A stretch of DNA of 64,000 nt from Myxococcales bacterium (GCA_043747615.1 JAYTOU010000003.1:128001-192000); one strand, 5' to 3'. Positions 19,541 to 30,290 are shown, counted from the first letter of the stretch. A program made the numbers and translations. The notes: generated by a model not told the origin, from the sequence alone.

Positions 19541-20185
19541 ATGCGTCTCTGGTTTCACGCGCTGTCCGGAGCGCCGATTCTTGTCGCCGCACTCTTTTCG
19601 GGGTGCACGCGCGGGGAGCCTCCTCAGTTCGACGCGGGCGACGCGGGGTTCACCTCGATCGCGCTGGTGATGCCACCCGCCGTCGTGGACGCGGCTTCCG
19701 AGCGCGGACAAAACCTGACCGTCGATGCCGGCGCGCTTCCGCAGACCCACGACGAACCGACGGCCAGCGGGGAGATCTTCGATACGCGCGCGCGCCTCTT
19801 GTGGGACGCCATCGTGACCGACGACCCAGAGCTCGGGATCCCCTTCTTTTTTCCTGCCGCTGCGTACGAGCAGGTGAAGGCCATTGCTCATCCGCTCGCT
19901 GACTGGCGGCGCCGCCTGGTCGCAAACTTCACGCGCGACATTCACGCACTTCACGCCGAGCTCGGCGCGCATCCGAAAGAAGCGCGGTTCGTGCGCGTCG
20001 AAGTGCCGAGCGGGCGAGCGCGGTGGATCGAGCCCGGCGAGGAAGGAAACAAGCTCGGCTACTATCGTGTCTTCGGGACGAAGCTCCGCTTCGAAGAGGG
20101 AGGCCGCGAGCAAACGTTCGACATGACGTCACTCATCTCGTGGCGCGGCGAGTGGTACGTCGTGCACCTGAGTGGCTTCAAATAG
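19541..20185 (+). CDS. Conserved hypothetical lipoprotein
   Basis: Lipobox FSGC; FFP..AY.QVK and SLISWRGEWYVVH look like a conserved domain. Confidence 0.7.
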   Translation: MRLWFHALSGAPILVAALFSGCTRGEPPQFDAGDAGFTSIALVMPPAVVDAASERGQNLTVDAGALPQTHDEPTASGEIFDTRARLLWDAIVTDDPELGIPFFFPAAAYEQVKAIAHPLADWRRRLVANFTRDIHALHAELGAHPKEARFVRVEVPSGRARWIEPGEEGNKLGYYRVFGTKLRFEEGGREQTFDMTSLISWRGEWYVVHLSGFK

Positions 20186-20209
20186 GCTTCGTCAATGACT
20201 TCCGCGTAG

Positions 20210-20282
20210 TGGGCCGAGCGGGACTTGAACCCGCGACCTACGGATTAAAAGTCCGCAGCTCTACCAACTGAGCTATCAGCCC
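20210..20282 (-). tRNA. tRNA-Lys (anticodon UUU)
   Basis: Minus strand GGGCTGATAGCTCAGTTGGTAGAGCTGCGGACTTTTAATCCGTAGGTCGCGGGTTCAAGTCCCGCTCGGCCCA forms a cloverleaf; CCA is not encoded. Confidence 0.97.
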
Positions 20283-20332
20283 GAAGAATTCCGAGGCCCG
20301 CTTCTGCCACAGTCCGCGCGACACGTCGATAG

Positions 20333-22273
20333 TTAGGGCGACTTGATCCGATCATCGGCCTCTCTCACCGCAGCGAGGTACGACGGAAGCTCGCCCTCGG
20401 AGGGCCGCGGCACGAACACGTGGGCGGTTCGCGCCGGCAAGAGGGCCTCGATCCCCCGCGCGTGGCGGCGAACGTCGTACCTGAATTTGTAGTCGAGATG
20501 GCGCTCGCCCGTAGCATCGCCGAAGTGGACGAGGATTCCCTTGAAACCTGAGTCTCCGGGCCCGGGGAAGTCGCTCGGCTCGCCGCCGACACAGCCGCCA
20601 GGCAAGCGAACTCCGTCTTGCGTAATCTCCAGTCGCACCTCGTACGTCTTGTCTTTTTTAGACGTCGCATCGAGCGTGCACGTCATGGTCGCGTCCTCGT
20701 AGCGAATGACGAATTCGAGGCGCGGCAGTTCGGACGGATTGGAGATCTCGAACGTGCGCACGAGCGCGGCTCCCCGAAAATGGCGGAGATGCGTCACTTG
20801 CGATTGCGGCCCGTGACCGAACTCAGCCTCGGAAGGCAACTCCACTCGGAACGGATCTCGTCCGGGATAAGCCTCGAGCAGCGTGAAGTTACTGCTGCCC
20901 TGATCCACCGCGTAAACGACCGGGCCGCCGGGGTCTGGCGAGTTCATCAGGCTGGGAAAGACGTTGCCCAGCGAGGCGCCATTCGCCGCCGGCAAAAACA
21001 GTACGCCATTTTTTAGATGGGCCGCTTCAATCGGTGCGATCAACTGGCGAGCCACGTTCGTGTGTTTCTGGTTCTCACCGACCATCCACCACAAGACGAG
21101 GCCGCTCGAAATCGCCATCGCCGCAAGCACCGCCGCGCCAAGCTTCGCCTTCGCGCTGAGGAGCCTGTCGAGCTCGAGTGCGCAGAGCAACGTGAGTGGC
21201 GGGAGCAAAGGGACGAAGTAGACGGGCCCCAGGTAGTAAATCGCTCCCCACATCAGGAACATGTAGTGCCCCCAAAAGAAAAAGTAGGCGACGGGGTACG
21301 CCACGAAGAGGAAGGTCACAGCCGTGAAACGTGGCGCAAGCTTCCGCTTTCGTCGGAGCGCCGCGATCACGAATCCAAGAGTCGCTGCGCTACCGAACAC
21401 CATAGTCACGAGCAACGCCGCTGCGATCAGCGTGGCCTGGTTCGACTCCGTCGGGCCGAAGTGCACCGGAGGTGTCGTCGAGACCATGCGTCGCATGCCG
21501 AAACCAAGCGTGTCCAAGGGATCCTGGCTGAAGGAGAATCGCCACGGGCGTCCCATCACGTGCCAGTTGTGAAGCGCAGTCAGCAGGACGAACGGCGCTC
21601 CGCCGATCACCATCCATCCGAACTCGCGCCACTCGCGCCGGAAGCTCGCGAAGACGCAGCACGAGACCAGCAAGCCGTCGAAAGGGCGCGCAAAAAAAGA
21701 CAGCGCGAGCAATGCGCCCCCCGCCAGGTAGTAATTTCTCGAAGACAGGCGCCGAGCGCGCAGCAAACAAACGAGCGCAGCGAGCGCGAGCAAGAGAAAG
21801 CTCAGGTACGAAAGGTACGTCGCGCCGAGAACCAGGAACAATGGTGACAGCAAGAGGAACCCGCTCGCGAGCAGCGCCGCGCGTCTGGGCAGGTGCAGCT
21901 CGAGCCCCAGCAGGTACAGCAGCCAAATATCTGCGCCTGCGATCAACCCGAGAGAGACGCGGAAGCTGCCGAAGAATCCTTTGCCCACCGCGAGAAAGAG
22001 CGCATGTACTGGGGTGTATTTGAACACGAGATGGCCGTTCGCCGGCTCCTGAAACACGACGCTGAAGAACGAGGACAGCGGCTCCATGGGCACCGTCAGA
22101 CGCCCCTTCAGCAGGTTCAGAGCCTGAAAAAGGTAGACCGCTTCATCGCGGTCGTCCGAGAGGTAGGGGAACAGATACGCGGAGCCGAAGACGCCCCAGC
22201 AAAAGGCCACCACGACCAGCGCCGCAACCGCGACGTGACCACGCGAGACCTTAATCCGCACTGCCTGAGCCAC
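20333..22273 (-). CDS. GT-C fold integral membrane glycosyltransferase (ArnT/GT39-like)
   Basis: DE motif (DDRDEAVY) in the first loop, about 12 TM segments, soluble C-terminal domain. Confidence 0.8.
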   Translation of the reverse strand: MAQAVRIKVSRGHVAVAALVVVAFCWGVFGSAYLFPYLSDDRDEAVYLFQALNLLKGRLTVPMEPLSSFFSVVFQEPANGHLVFKYTPVHALFLAVGKGFFGSFRVSLGLIAGADIWLLYLLGLELHLPRRAALLASGFLLLSPLFLVLGATYLSYLSFLLLALAALVCLLRARRLSSRNYYLAGGALLALSFFARPFDGLLVSCCVFASFRREWREFGWMVIGGAPFVLLTALHNWHVMGRPWRFSFSQDPLDTLGFGMRRMVSTTPPVHFGPTESNQATLIAAALLVTMVFGSAATLGFVIAALRRKRKLAPRFTAVTFLFVAYPVAYFFFWGHYMFLMWGAIYYLGPVYFVPLLPPLTLLCALELDRLLSAKAKLGAAVLAAMAISSGLVLWWMVGENQKHTNVARQLIAPIEAAHLKNGVLFLPAANGASLGNVFPSLMNSPDPGGPVVYAVDQGSSNFTLLEAYPGRDPFRVELPSEAEFGHGPQSQVTHLRHFRGAALVRTFEISNPSELPRLEFVIRYEDATMTCTLDATSKKDKTYEVRLEITQDGVRLPGGCVGGEPSDFPGPGDSGFKGILVHFGDATGERHLDYKFRYDVRRHARGIEALLPARTAHVFVPRPSEGELPSYLAAVREADDRIKSP

Positions 22274-22581
22274 AAATCATCCTAATGTGGCTCGTTTTAG
22301 GACACAAACGAGACGCGCTTCGATGAGTATTCTCGGACGATGACACCGAAGTTCTTCGGCGCAGCTCGTAGCCGACAGCGCGACAGGCAGAACCTTCGCG
22401 CGACTGTCGCAGAGGCCTCGGCGGGCGATTAGACAATCGTAAAGTCCGTGACCGATGCGAGCGGTCAGTCCTTCGCTTCGGACTTGCAGCTTGTGCAAAC
22501 GTGTTTTTTTCGAGCCTGTGGTGACCATCTATTAACTATGGCCAGTGCGTCCAGATGTGAATTTCATGGTCGAGCTGAACG

Positions 22582-23334
22582 TTAGGGCTCGTCGGCGTCG
22601 TCCTCCGCCGGCTTGCGGAGACCCAAGGACTTCCTGAGCGCACGCGCCGCTTGCCGCGATACGTCCACCGTGTGGCCGCGCCTCGTGCGGGCCACGAAGC
22701 CTCCAGATTCTACGGGCTCGAGCCGCGCTACGTGCGCGAGGTTGAGGAGCGCCCGCCGATGCACACGAACGAATCCGTCGCCCGGAAGCCTTTTTTCCAG
22801 CTCTTGCAGCGTGAAATCGGTGAGGTACTCCGCCTCCGTCGTAACGAGCGTGACGAGGACTCCATCGAGGAAGGCGTGCGTGATGTTGTCCGGATCGACG
22901 AGGACGATGCCTTGCTTGGTCGACACGGCGAGGCGCTGAAGTCCCGTCCGTTCCTCCGTCGTTTTCGGCTTGTGAGAGTGGCGCTCCCGCACACGCTCGA
23001 TTGCCTTTCTGAGACGAGAGACCTCGATCGGCTTGAGGAGGTAGTCGACCGCGCCGCCGTCGAAGGCCTTGATCGCGTAGTCGGGATGAGCCGTGCAAAA
23101 GACGACGTCCGGACCGTCCGCCGGAAGAAGCGTCATCGCGTCGATGCCGGTCAGTCCCGGCATGTGGATGTCGAGGAGCACGAGGTCGACGCCGCCCTCC
23201 GCAGCGCGGGTCAGAACGGCCTCGGCGTCGGCGCACTCTCCCACCACGTCGACGTCTTCGATCTCCGCGAGGAGACGAACCAACCGCTTTCGCGCCAGGA
23301 GCTCGTCGTCGGCCACGAGAATGCGCAGGGTCAC
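22582..23334 (-). CDS. LytTR-family response regulator
   Basis: Receiver (VADDE, LDIHMPG, FCTA, DYLLKP) plus LytTR domain (FVRVHR, VSR). Confidence 0.93.
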   Translation of the reverse strand: MTLRILVADDELLARKRLVRLLAEIEDVDVVGECADAEAVLTRAAEGGVDLVLLDIHMPGLTGIDAMTLLPADGPDVVFCTAHPDYAIKAFDGGAVDYLLKPIEVSRLRKAIERVRERHSHKPKTTEERTGLQRLAVSTKQGIVLVDPDNITHAFLDGVLVTLVTTEAEYLTDFTLQELEKRLPGDGFVRVHRRALLNLAHVARLEPVESGGFVARTRRGHTVDVSRQAARALRKSLGLRKPAEDDADEP

Positions 23335-24371
23335 GCGGCCACCTCCGGCCCTGAAGCGGGGAGCTCGATCTCGACCACCGTCGTCTCGCCGTCGGCGTGC
23401 ACACGCATCGAAGCCTTCGCGTCGTAGGCGAGGGCGAGGCGGCGCTTCAATGTCGGCAGACCATGGCTCCCTTCGCGCGGCCCGACGTAACGGCCCGGGT
23501 TCTTCAGGGTCACGCGCACCGTGCCTCCATCGCGGATCACGGTGAGGGAAATTTCTCCGCGATGACCCCGCGCGGGCCCGTGTTTTACAGCGTTCTCAGC
23601 GAGCGGAAGGAGGAGCATGGGGGGCACCCGAACCTGCGCGGCGTCGTCGGGCAGACTGCACGTGAGAGTGAACATCGCCGGGTCACGCCGGAGGTGGAGC
23701 GAGAAAAGAGTCTGTACGAGCTCGAGCTCCTTGGCGAGCGGCCACGAGGTCTCGCTGACGCCCACGAGCACCGCGCGGAGGAGCGACGAGAGCTCGAGAA
23801 CAGCGCGCTCGGCGATCTCGCCGTCGGTGCGGCACCACTCCGCGATCGCATTCAAGGTGTTGAAGAGAAAATGCGGATCGAGCTGAGAGCGCAGCGCGAG
23901 GAGCTGGGCGTGCTCCGCCTCGCGAGCGAGCATCGCCGCGCGCTTCTTTTCCTGGTTCAAGCTGGCTTCGAGGCCGATGTCGCGGCCTAGGCCCCAGCCG
24001 CCGACGAGGAAGAGCGCGACGTCGATCGGAAGGCTCGAGCGCGCGGTGAGGAACGTGTCGCCGATGCCTAGCATCCTCGGAATGTAGAGACCGACGGTGA
24101 GCACCACGCCTGCGCCGATCGCCGCGTACAGGATGACACGGATCGCGCCGTGACCGAACTCGAGACCATCGGGGAACAGAACACGCCAGGACACCGGCGC
24201 CACGAGAACGAACGCGGCGCAGAGCGCAACGCCCACCACGCCTGCCTCGGGCGCGCGGCTGTACGAATGCTGCGCAAGAATCAGAGGCAGCGACATCAGC
24301 GCGATCGGCAGAAAGCGCCGCGGTGCGAGCAGCGCGAGGAGAGTCTTCCGGACTATGGAATCATCGCTCAC
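23331..24371 (-). CDS. LytS-family sensor histidine kinase
   Basis: TM region, LRSQLDPHFLFNTLN, PLAENAVKHG; start uncertain (24371 or 24413). Confidence 0.9.
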   Translation of the reverse strand: MSDDSIVRKTLLALLAPRRFLPIALMSLPLILAQHSYSRAPEAGVVGVALCAAFVLVAPVSWRVLFPDGLEFGHGAIRVILYAAIGAGVVLTVGLYIPRMLGIGDTFLTARSSLPIDVALFLVGGWGLGRDIGLEASLNQEKKRAAMLAREAEHAQLLALRSQLDPHFLFNTLNAIAEWCRTDGEIAERAVLELSSLLRAVLVGVSETSWPLAKELELVQTLFSLHLRRDPAMFTLTCSLPDDAAQVRVPPMLLLPLAENAVKHGPARGHRGEISLTVIRDGGTVRVTLKNPGRYVGPREGSHGLPTLKRRLALAYDAKASMRVHADGETTVVEIELPASGPEVAA

Positions 24372-24396
24372 GAAAGCAGGTTTTCTGATCGCCGAG

Positions 24397-25854
24397 CTAC
24401 TGCGACGCGGCAACGACGAAGTCGATGAAGCCCTTCTCCGGCGCAGTGGCGGTGAGCTTGACGCGCACGCTGTCGCCTACATCGAGGCCTTTTTCCCCCA
24501 AAACGATGCGCCCCTCGGCGGGCGGGTCCAGGAGGCGCACGAACGTTCCCGAAGGGGTCACGCCGGTCACGATGGCGTCGAACGTCTCCCCGATGCGCGT
24601 GGAAAGGAAGAGCGCTGCTGCCACTTTGCGCATCACGCGCTCGACCTTGCGGGCGTCGTTCTCTTTTTGGGTGCAGTGGGTGGCCGCCTCGGCGAGCTCC
24701 TGATCGGAGTAGGGAGACGGGCGCTCGTTCGTCGCTGCCTTCAGAAGACGCTGCGTGACGAGATCGGCGAATCTCCGGTTCGGCGCGGTCGAATGATTGT
24801 AGTCCTGCACCGCGAGCCCGAAGTGCCCATCGTGCGCAGCGCCGGGAAGAGAAAGCACGTACTCGCCGGGGCCAAGCAGCTTCACGACGGAGAGCGAGAT
24901 GTCCGCGAATTTAGCGGGATGCGCCGCCTTCTGGGCGCTCAAGAAAGCGGATAGCGCCACGGGACTCGGCTCGGTCGGAAGCTCAGTGCCCGCTGCGCGC
25001 GCGAGCTCGACGATGCGATCCCAGCGCTTGGGCGTCTTGACGATGCGCCGGATGGAAGGCAAGGCGTGGTTCTCGAGAAACCGCGCGGTCACTCCGTTGG
25101 CGGCGATCATCAAGTCCTCGATGAGCTCGCGCGCGCGGCTCTTCTTGGTGACGACGAGATCGACGATGTGTCCATCCTTGGCGACCGGATTCGCTTCGAT
25201 GGTGTCGAACTCGAGCGCGCCGTGCTCGAAGCGCCGACGCTTTAGCCAGGTGGTCGCTTCGTCCTGCATGCGGAGCTGATCTTCCATCCCCGCGATCGCC
25301 CGGGCTCCTTCGGGGAGAGGCCCCTTCCCCTCCAGCCAATCGCCGACATCCTCGTAGGTGAGCTTCGCCCGATTGACGACGAGAGCCTGGAAAACACGCT
25401 CGTTCGTGAGACTGCCGTCTTTTGCGACCGTCATCTCGACGACCACCGCGTAGCGTTCGCCATCGGCGAGGAGCGAGGTGCGATTGGTCGACAGCTCCTC
25501 GGGGAGCATCGGAAACATTTCGACGCCGGTGTAGATCGACGCGGTGTTCCAGGCGGCGTGCTTGTCGATGGCTGAGCCCTTGAGGACAAACGCGTCGACG
25601 TCCGCAATCCCCACGAGCAGCCGCGTCCGACCGTCGGGCAGACGCTCGCTCACTTCGATCTGATCCAGATCGCGCGACTCCCGATTGTCGATCGACGACC
25701 AGGGCAGTCGGCGTAGATCTTCGCCACCCGGCGGGACACGAAGGACGTGCTCCCGCATGCTCGCCAGCTCCGTCGCCACCTCCGGCTCGAACTCCGCGTG
25801 GAAACCATTTTCCTTCATCGCCCGAGAAGCGGCGGCTCGAAGATCGAACTCCAT
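24397..25854 (-). CDS. RNB-domain exoribonuclease (RNase II/R family, short form)
   Basis: SIDN..SRDLDQ, LIEDLMIAAN, HFGLA..YNHSTAPNRRFADL; C-terminal S1-like domain. Confidence 0.9.
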   Translation of the reverse strand: MEFDLRAAASRAMKENGFHAEFEPEVATELASMREHVLRVPPGGEDLRRLPWSSIDNRESRDLDQIEVSERLPDGRTRLLVGIADVDAFVLKGSAIDKHAAWNTASIYTGVEMFPMLPEELSTNRTSLLADGERYAVVVEMTVAKDGSLTNERVFQALVVNRAKLTYEDVGDWLEGKGPLPEGARAIAGMEDQLRMQDEATTWLKRRRFEHGALEFDTIEANPVAKDGHIVDLVVTKKSRARELIEDLMIAANGVTARFLENHALPSIRRIVKTPKRWDRIVELARAAGTELPTEPSPVALSAFLSAQKAAHPAKFADISLSVVKLLGPGEYVLSLPGAAHDGHFGLAVQDYNHSTAPNRRFADLVTQRLLKAATNERPSPYSDQELAEAATHCTQKENDARKVERVMRKVAAALFLSTRIGETFDAIVTGVTPSGTFVRLLDPPAEGRIVLGEKGLDVGDSVRVKLTATAPEKGFIDFVVAASQ

Positions 25855-25858
25855 CGGC

Positions 25859-26638
25859 CTACTTTCCACCGATCTTGAGGCCGCCGGCGACGAGCGAGTC
25901 GAGCACGTGAGTGTCTTCGATGGGTGAGCCTTCGACCATGAGGGACCGGAGCTTCTTCAGCCCCACCAGCGGGTGGAGATCTTTCACCTGGGTGGTCTTG
26001 ATGCTCAGCTTCTCGAGCTTCGTGCATTTCGCGAGTGGCGAGAGATCCGTGACGCTGGTGTCGTCGAGCGTGAGCTCGGTGAGGACGGTGAAGTTCGCGA
26101 GCGGCGCAATGTCTTTGATCTGCGTCTTGACGAGGCCGAGCCGGTCGAGGTGAATCATCCGAGCGATCGGCGCGAGGTTCGACACCTTGTTGCTCGACGC
26201 GAAGAGCGTCTCGAGCTGGGTGAGGCTGGCAATCGGCGTGAGATCTTCGAGATCGCCGGGACCGAAGAAGAGATCCTTCAGCCCCGTGAAGAGGGGGAAA
26301 ACGCAGGGATCGATGTCATCAACGGGCACGCTGGTCAGGTTGAGCGATTTGACCTTTGCGAGATCCGCCTTGGTGATCGCGCCTTGTGGCTTGGCGAGCT
26401 TCTTGCGCACCTCTGCCTCGAGACCGGGCATGTTGAAGGTGATCGTGGTGGCCGCGGGATCGCACTTGATCTCTTTTTTCTTCGCTGGCTCGGCCGCAGC
26501 ACTCGCGGAAGGGACGGCGGTGGCAACGACCGGAGGCGGCGGAGTCACGCTCGCAACGGGGGCGGAGTCTTTTTTCGGCTCGTCGCAAGCAGCAAGGGCG
26601 AGGAGCGCGATTATGGATACGCAGAGAGGCTTGTACAT
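25859..26638 (-). CDS. Internalin-like leucine-rich-repeat lipoprotein
   Basis: Lipobox LAAC; 22-aa LRRs (DLTPIASLTQLETL, DLSPLAKCTKLEKL). Confidence 0.88.
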   Translation of the reverse strand: MYKPLCVSIIALLALAACDEPKKDSAPVASVTPPPPVVATAVPSASAAAEPAKKKEIKCDPAATTITFNMPGLEAEVRKKLAKPQGAITKADLAKVKSLNLTSVPVDDIDPCVFPLFTGLKDLFFGPGDLEDLTPIASLTQLETLFASSNKVSNLAPIARMIHLDRLGLVKTQIKDIAPLANFTVLTELTLDDTSVTDLSPLAKCTKLEKLSIKTTQVKDLHPLVGLKKLRSLMVEGSPIEDTHVLDSLVAGGLKIGGK

Positions 26639-26656
26639 GGCCGCGAAGCTTAGCCT

Positions 26657-28207
26657 TCAGGAAAGCTCGGGGAGCACCATTTTCGACGCGGCTCGCACTT
26701 CGTAGCTGAGCACGAGCTTCTCTGTCGCCCGGCCAGCGAGCTCCACCTCGCGCTCGGCGAGACCGTCGCGTTCGTCGAGCGTCCACTCCTTGTGCCCGAG
26801 CCAGACCACCTCGAGGCCGGCGATCTCGCTGACCGGAATACGCTCGACGACCTTCACGCGTTTCGGCTCGCGCGAAAGGTTGGAGAGCCACACCGTCACG
26901 GTGCGCTTGCGCTTCTGGGTGCCGACGATCGCGGTGGTATCGTCTACATTTTCCACGGTGCGGCGAACGCGAACCGCGTCCTCCGTGCCGAAGCCGAGCT
27001 CGAACGGCTCACCGCTGCCCACGAAGCGAAGACGCGCGCGGCCGGCCACCACGCCGTCGATGGTGACGTGAACCGGGCCTGCGAGGAGCGGCGATCCCCC
27101 TCCGAGCGTGGCCGTCGCACGCACGTGAGCGATGGCCGCAAGCTCTGGAAAGGCGACGATCGCGATCTTCGCGTCTAGCGTCACCCGTGCAATTTCGACC
27201 CGCGCAGGACGACCGTCAGAGGCGATGCGCACCGTCGATTTGGTCTGGAATGTGAGGGGAACCCCGCCGTCGTCTACGCCGGGCATCTCTTCGACGGCGC
27301 GCTCGCCCTCGAGCCCTGCGTGGAAGATCGTTTGATCGCGTGCCTCGATGACGGTGCGGTGTCTCTCGTCGTCGGTCCGGCGCCGCGAGACGACGAGGTC
27401 TTCGGTAACGAGCGGAGCGGTGGCGTTTTGGGCGGGGCGCGCTGTCGACAGGTGCAGCTCCACGTCGTTCCACGCTTCCCCCGTTCGTTGCCAGACCGCG
27501 CCCCAGGTCACGATTTCGATCCGAGACTTCGAATCTTTTTCGCGCACCACGCGGGCGGTATGCTCCGGTCGCCAAAGCGCGCCCGCCGTGCGGTAGCTAA
27601 TCTCGAGCGAGGCTTCTTCTGCGTCGCCCTCGAGGTGCACCTCGACAATCGCTTCGTGGCGAACGAGCGCGGCGTGACCCTCGCGCAGCCGAGCTTGGGC
27701 GCGTTTCCAGTCGTCCTCGGCGCGGAGACGAGAGCTCTTCGCCTGACTGATCGTGGTGAGGGCCTCGGCCTCTGCTCGGACGAGTTGCTCGTGGGCCGCA
27801 CGCCAAGCATCTGCGCGTTCGCCCACGAAGCCGTTGGGCACGAGCACCAGCCCCGCGGCCCAGCGTTCTCCGAGCGTGCGTCCATGCTCCGCACACGCAT
27901 GGGCACGAGCCGCTGCAGAATCCGCATCGCGTATTCTTCTAGCGCAAGCCCGCGCGACCTCTTCCAGCGCCTCGAGCTCATCTCGACCGATGGCCTGATC
28001 GTGGTGCACCTTGCGCTTCACTCGTGCGCCGAGAACACGGCCGCCTCCTTTGACCACGCGGACCTGGACGCTGCGGTCGTCGAGGTAAGGGCTCATTCCG
28101 CCAAACGCGAGCCACGCTCCACCGACGGGCGCATGCGCCTTGGCATCGCGGACGACCTCCGCACGATCCTCGAAGAGCGTCACCTTGCGAATGCGGCTCT
28201 CAATCAC
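26657..28207 (-). CDS. DUF4140/DUF4139 (MuiA-like) protein
   Basis: VTLFEDRAEVVR, coiled coil, QRTGEAWNDVELHLST, ERIPVSE. Confidence 0.85.
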   Translation of the reverse strand: MIESRIRKVTLFEDRAEVVRDAKAHAPVGGAWLAFGGMSPYLDDRSVQVRVVKGGGRVLGARVKRKVHHDQAIGRDELEALEEVARACARRIRDADSAAARAHACAEHGRTLGERWAAGLVLVPNGFVGERADAWRAAHEQLVRAEAEALTTISQAKSSRLRAEDDWKRAQARLREGHAALVRHEAIVEVHLEGDAEEASLEISYRTAGALWRPEHTARVVREKDSKSRIEIVTWGAVWQRTGEAWNDVELHLSTARPAQNATAPLVTEDLVVSRRRTDDERHRTVIEARDQTIFHAGLEGERAVEEMPGVDDGGVPLTFQTKSTVRIASDGRPARVEIARVTLDAKIAIVAFPELAAIAHVRATATLGGGSPLLAGPVHVTIDGVVAGRARLRFVGSGEPFELGFGTEDAVRVRRTVENVDDTTAIVGTQKRKRTVTVWLSNLSREPKRVKVVERIPVSEIAGLEVVWLGHKEWTLDERDGLAEREVELAGRATEKLVLSYEVRAASKMVLPELS

Positions 28208-30290
28208 GACGGTTGCCCCCTTGTAGCTCGCTCTTGGAGGAGAGCGTGATGCGGTACGCGAACTCGATGTGCGCTTTTCCTCCCGCAGGCACTCCGACGC
28301 GCCAGCGGTGCCCACCGCGGATCGGCTCGCCCTTGTCGGATTGAACGTATTTTTCGGCCTTTGGTCGCGCGGCGCGCAGCTCGATGGTCACGTCTTTGTC
28401 GTCCGTGACTGGAATGCGGTCGAAGACCTCGACCTCGACTTCGTTGCCGAGGGCCGACGCGAGATCGATCGTGATGATGTGATCGCTGAGCGTTTGTCCG
28501 CCCAGGAGCCCTGCCGTCGACTCTTCGACGCGCGCGTTGCGAGCGACGCGCACGCGGTCTTCTACCCCGAGTCCGAGCTCGATCATTCCGCCCCGCCCGA
28601 TGACGCCGATGCGCGAGGCAGTGAGGAGCGCGCCGTCCACGAAGACGTCAACTCCGCCAGGAAGCAGCGCGACGTCGAACGGATTCGTCATCCGTGCCTC
28701 GCGGTACACGTCGCCGGATTCACGCGGCACGACGATGAGACGAGGCTCGCTCCTAGCCTCCGCCGCCGAGAGGAGCACGCGGTGAGCAACTCCGTTCGAG
28801 GGGACGTCCGCCGGCGCGTTCGACTCGTAATGGAGCTGATAGCCCCGCGATGCGTACGCGCGCGGATCGGTCGCATCCGCAGGCACGACTCGCTCGATCT
28901 TCTCGCGCGCAACGGCGGCAGGCCCCGCATCACCCGCCACCCCCGGATCCTGCGCCAGGCGACCACGGTGCGCGCGATCGTTCATCTGCCCGAGGATCAA
29001 GCGGTCGAAATCCAACCACGTGTCGGCGGGCTCAAGCGACTCCTTGCCCGTGCTCACTGCGCGCTTCGCGACCGCCGCGGACTCGCTGCCTGTCGTCATG
29101 CCTTGGGGAGCTGCACCCGGCGCCCCCATCGTTCCCGCGGCGCCTGCAGCTCCGCCGAACGCCGCCATCGTCCGTGCTTTCGACTCCGCGCGACGCGGCA
29201 TCGGAGCCGCACCCCCCGTAGGCGGCAGCATTGCTCTGCTCGGCGGCGCAGGCGCGCGCGAGACGACGGGGCCGAATGTGTCCTCGTAGTCCTCTTCTTG
29301 TGCCGTGAGCGGCGGCGGTGCGGGGGCGGGCGGAGGAGGCGGTGGAGGGGCGGGTGCGCGCGGCGCAGGTCCCTTGGAAACAGCGCTGTCGTAGCCACCG
29401 AACATAGCCTCGAGCCCCTCGGGGAGCGGGCGGTAACCGCGACGCGGCGGCGTCTGCGCACGACCCAGACGGAACGACGCTAGCTCTGGGAGGCGCGCAT
29501 CGCGAATGAGATCCACCGTCGCGAGCGTGAGTGCGACGCCGGTCCAATCTTCGCCACTGGCCTGCGCGACGTGCGCCTCGAGCGCCCACGCTGCTCTCTG
29601 ATTTTGTTCGGTAAGCCTCACCGTGTAGGCCGGCCACCACCGCGCCCCTGGGACGCCGTAGGAGATCTCGAGTGCGGAGAGAGAAGCCGCATCGCCGGGA
29701 CCGAGCCGCACGATGATCTCGTAGCTCGGGTGCCCTGCCCCTGCGCGGTCTGCACTGCGCGCCTGCGCCACCTCGAGCTCCGAGCGCTCGATCTCGCGGG
29801 CGTTCTTTCGCGCCGCCTCCTCGAGATCCATGAGCTTCGCGTCGATCGAGGCTGCGAGTCCGTCAGCGAGCCTGGAGACCGCGAGCGCGTCTCGCATCTT
29901 GCCTTCAGGATCAATTTTTCGCCACGTGCTGTCGAGGCGTGGCGCCGGCACGAGATCGGCGAAGAGCTGACGTCGAGCTTGAAGATAGTGGCGTTCGAGC
30001 TCGAGCTGATCGCGCGCGAGAAGGAGCTCCCGCACTTGCTCGATGACCTTGCCCGGTGGCGACGGGGCGGCGGGAATGACCAAGCGGGTCCTCAAGAGGA
30101 TGACGTCGCGGCTGCCTTTAAGCGACGCCCGTGCCGATCCCCGCATGGCGAGCGGAGTGATACCGGCGATCACGAGATCGACTTCGCACTCGGGAATTTC
30201 GAGGGGCAGCTTCACGCTCCGGGTGACGACCGCGCCGCGCGCGAAGACGGCGACGTGCTTGATCTGGCTCTCGCAGAGTATCTCGCTCAC
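28200..30290 (-). CDS. DUF4140/DUF4139 (MuiA-like) protein with a Pro/Ala-rich insertion
   Basis: VAVFARGAVVTR, QASGEDWTGV.L.L.T, DRIPVTDD; poly-Pro linker. Confidence 0.85.
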   Translation of the reverse strand: MSEILCESQIKHVAVFARGAVVTRSVKLPLEIPECEVDLVIAGITPLAMRGSARASLKGSRDVILLRTRLVIPAAPSPPGKVIEQVRELLLARDQLELERHYLQARRQLFADLVPAPRLDSTWRKIDPEGKMRDALAVSRLADGLAASIDAKLMDLEEAARKNAREIERSELEVAQARSADRAGAGHPSYEIIVRLGPGDAASLSALEISYGVPGARWWPAYTVRLTEQNQRAAWALEAHVAQASGEDWTGVALTLATVDLIRDARLPELASFRLGRAQTPPRRGYRPLPEGLEAMFGGYDSAVSKGPAPRAPAPPPPPPPAPAPPPLTAQEEDYEDTFGPVVSRAPAPPSRAMLPPTGGAAPMPRRAESKARTMAAFGGAAGAAGTMGAPGAAPQGMTTGSESAAVAKRAVSTGKESLEPADTWLDFDRLILGQMNDRAHRGRLAQDPGVAGDAGPAAVAREKIERVVPADATDPRAYASRGYQLHYESNAPADVPSNGVAHRVLLSAAEARSEPRLIVVPRESGDVYREARMTNPFDVALLPGGVDVFVDGALLTASRIGVIGRGGMIELGLGVEDRVRVARNARVEESTAGLLGGQTLSDHIITIDLASALGNEVEVEVFDRIPVTDDKDVTIELRAARPKAEKYVQSDKGEPIRGGHRWRVGVPAGGKAHIEFAYRITLSSKSELQGGNRRD

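Noticed and set aside
20186..22581. Genomic island integrated at tRNA-Lys
   Set aside because: No integrase and no duplicated tRNA 3' end (att) seen; the glycosyltransferase lies on the 5' side of the tRNA.
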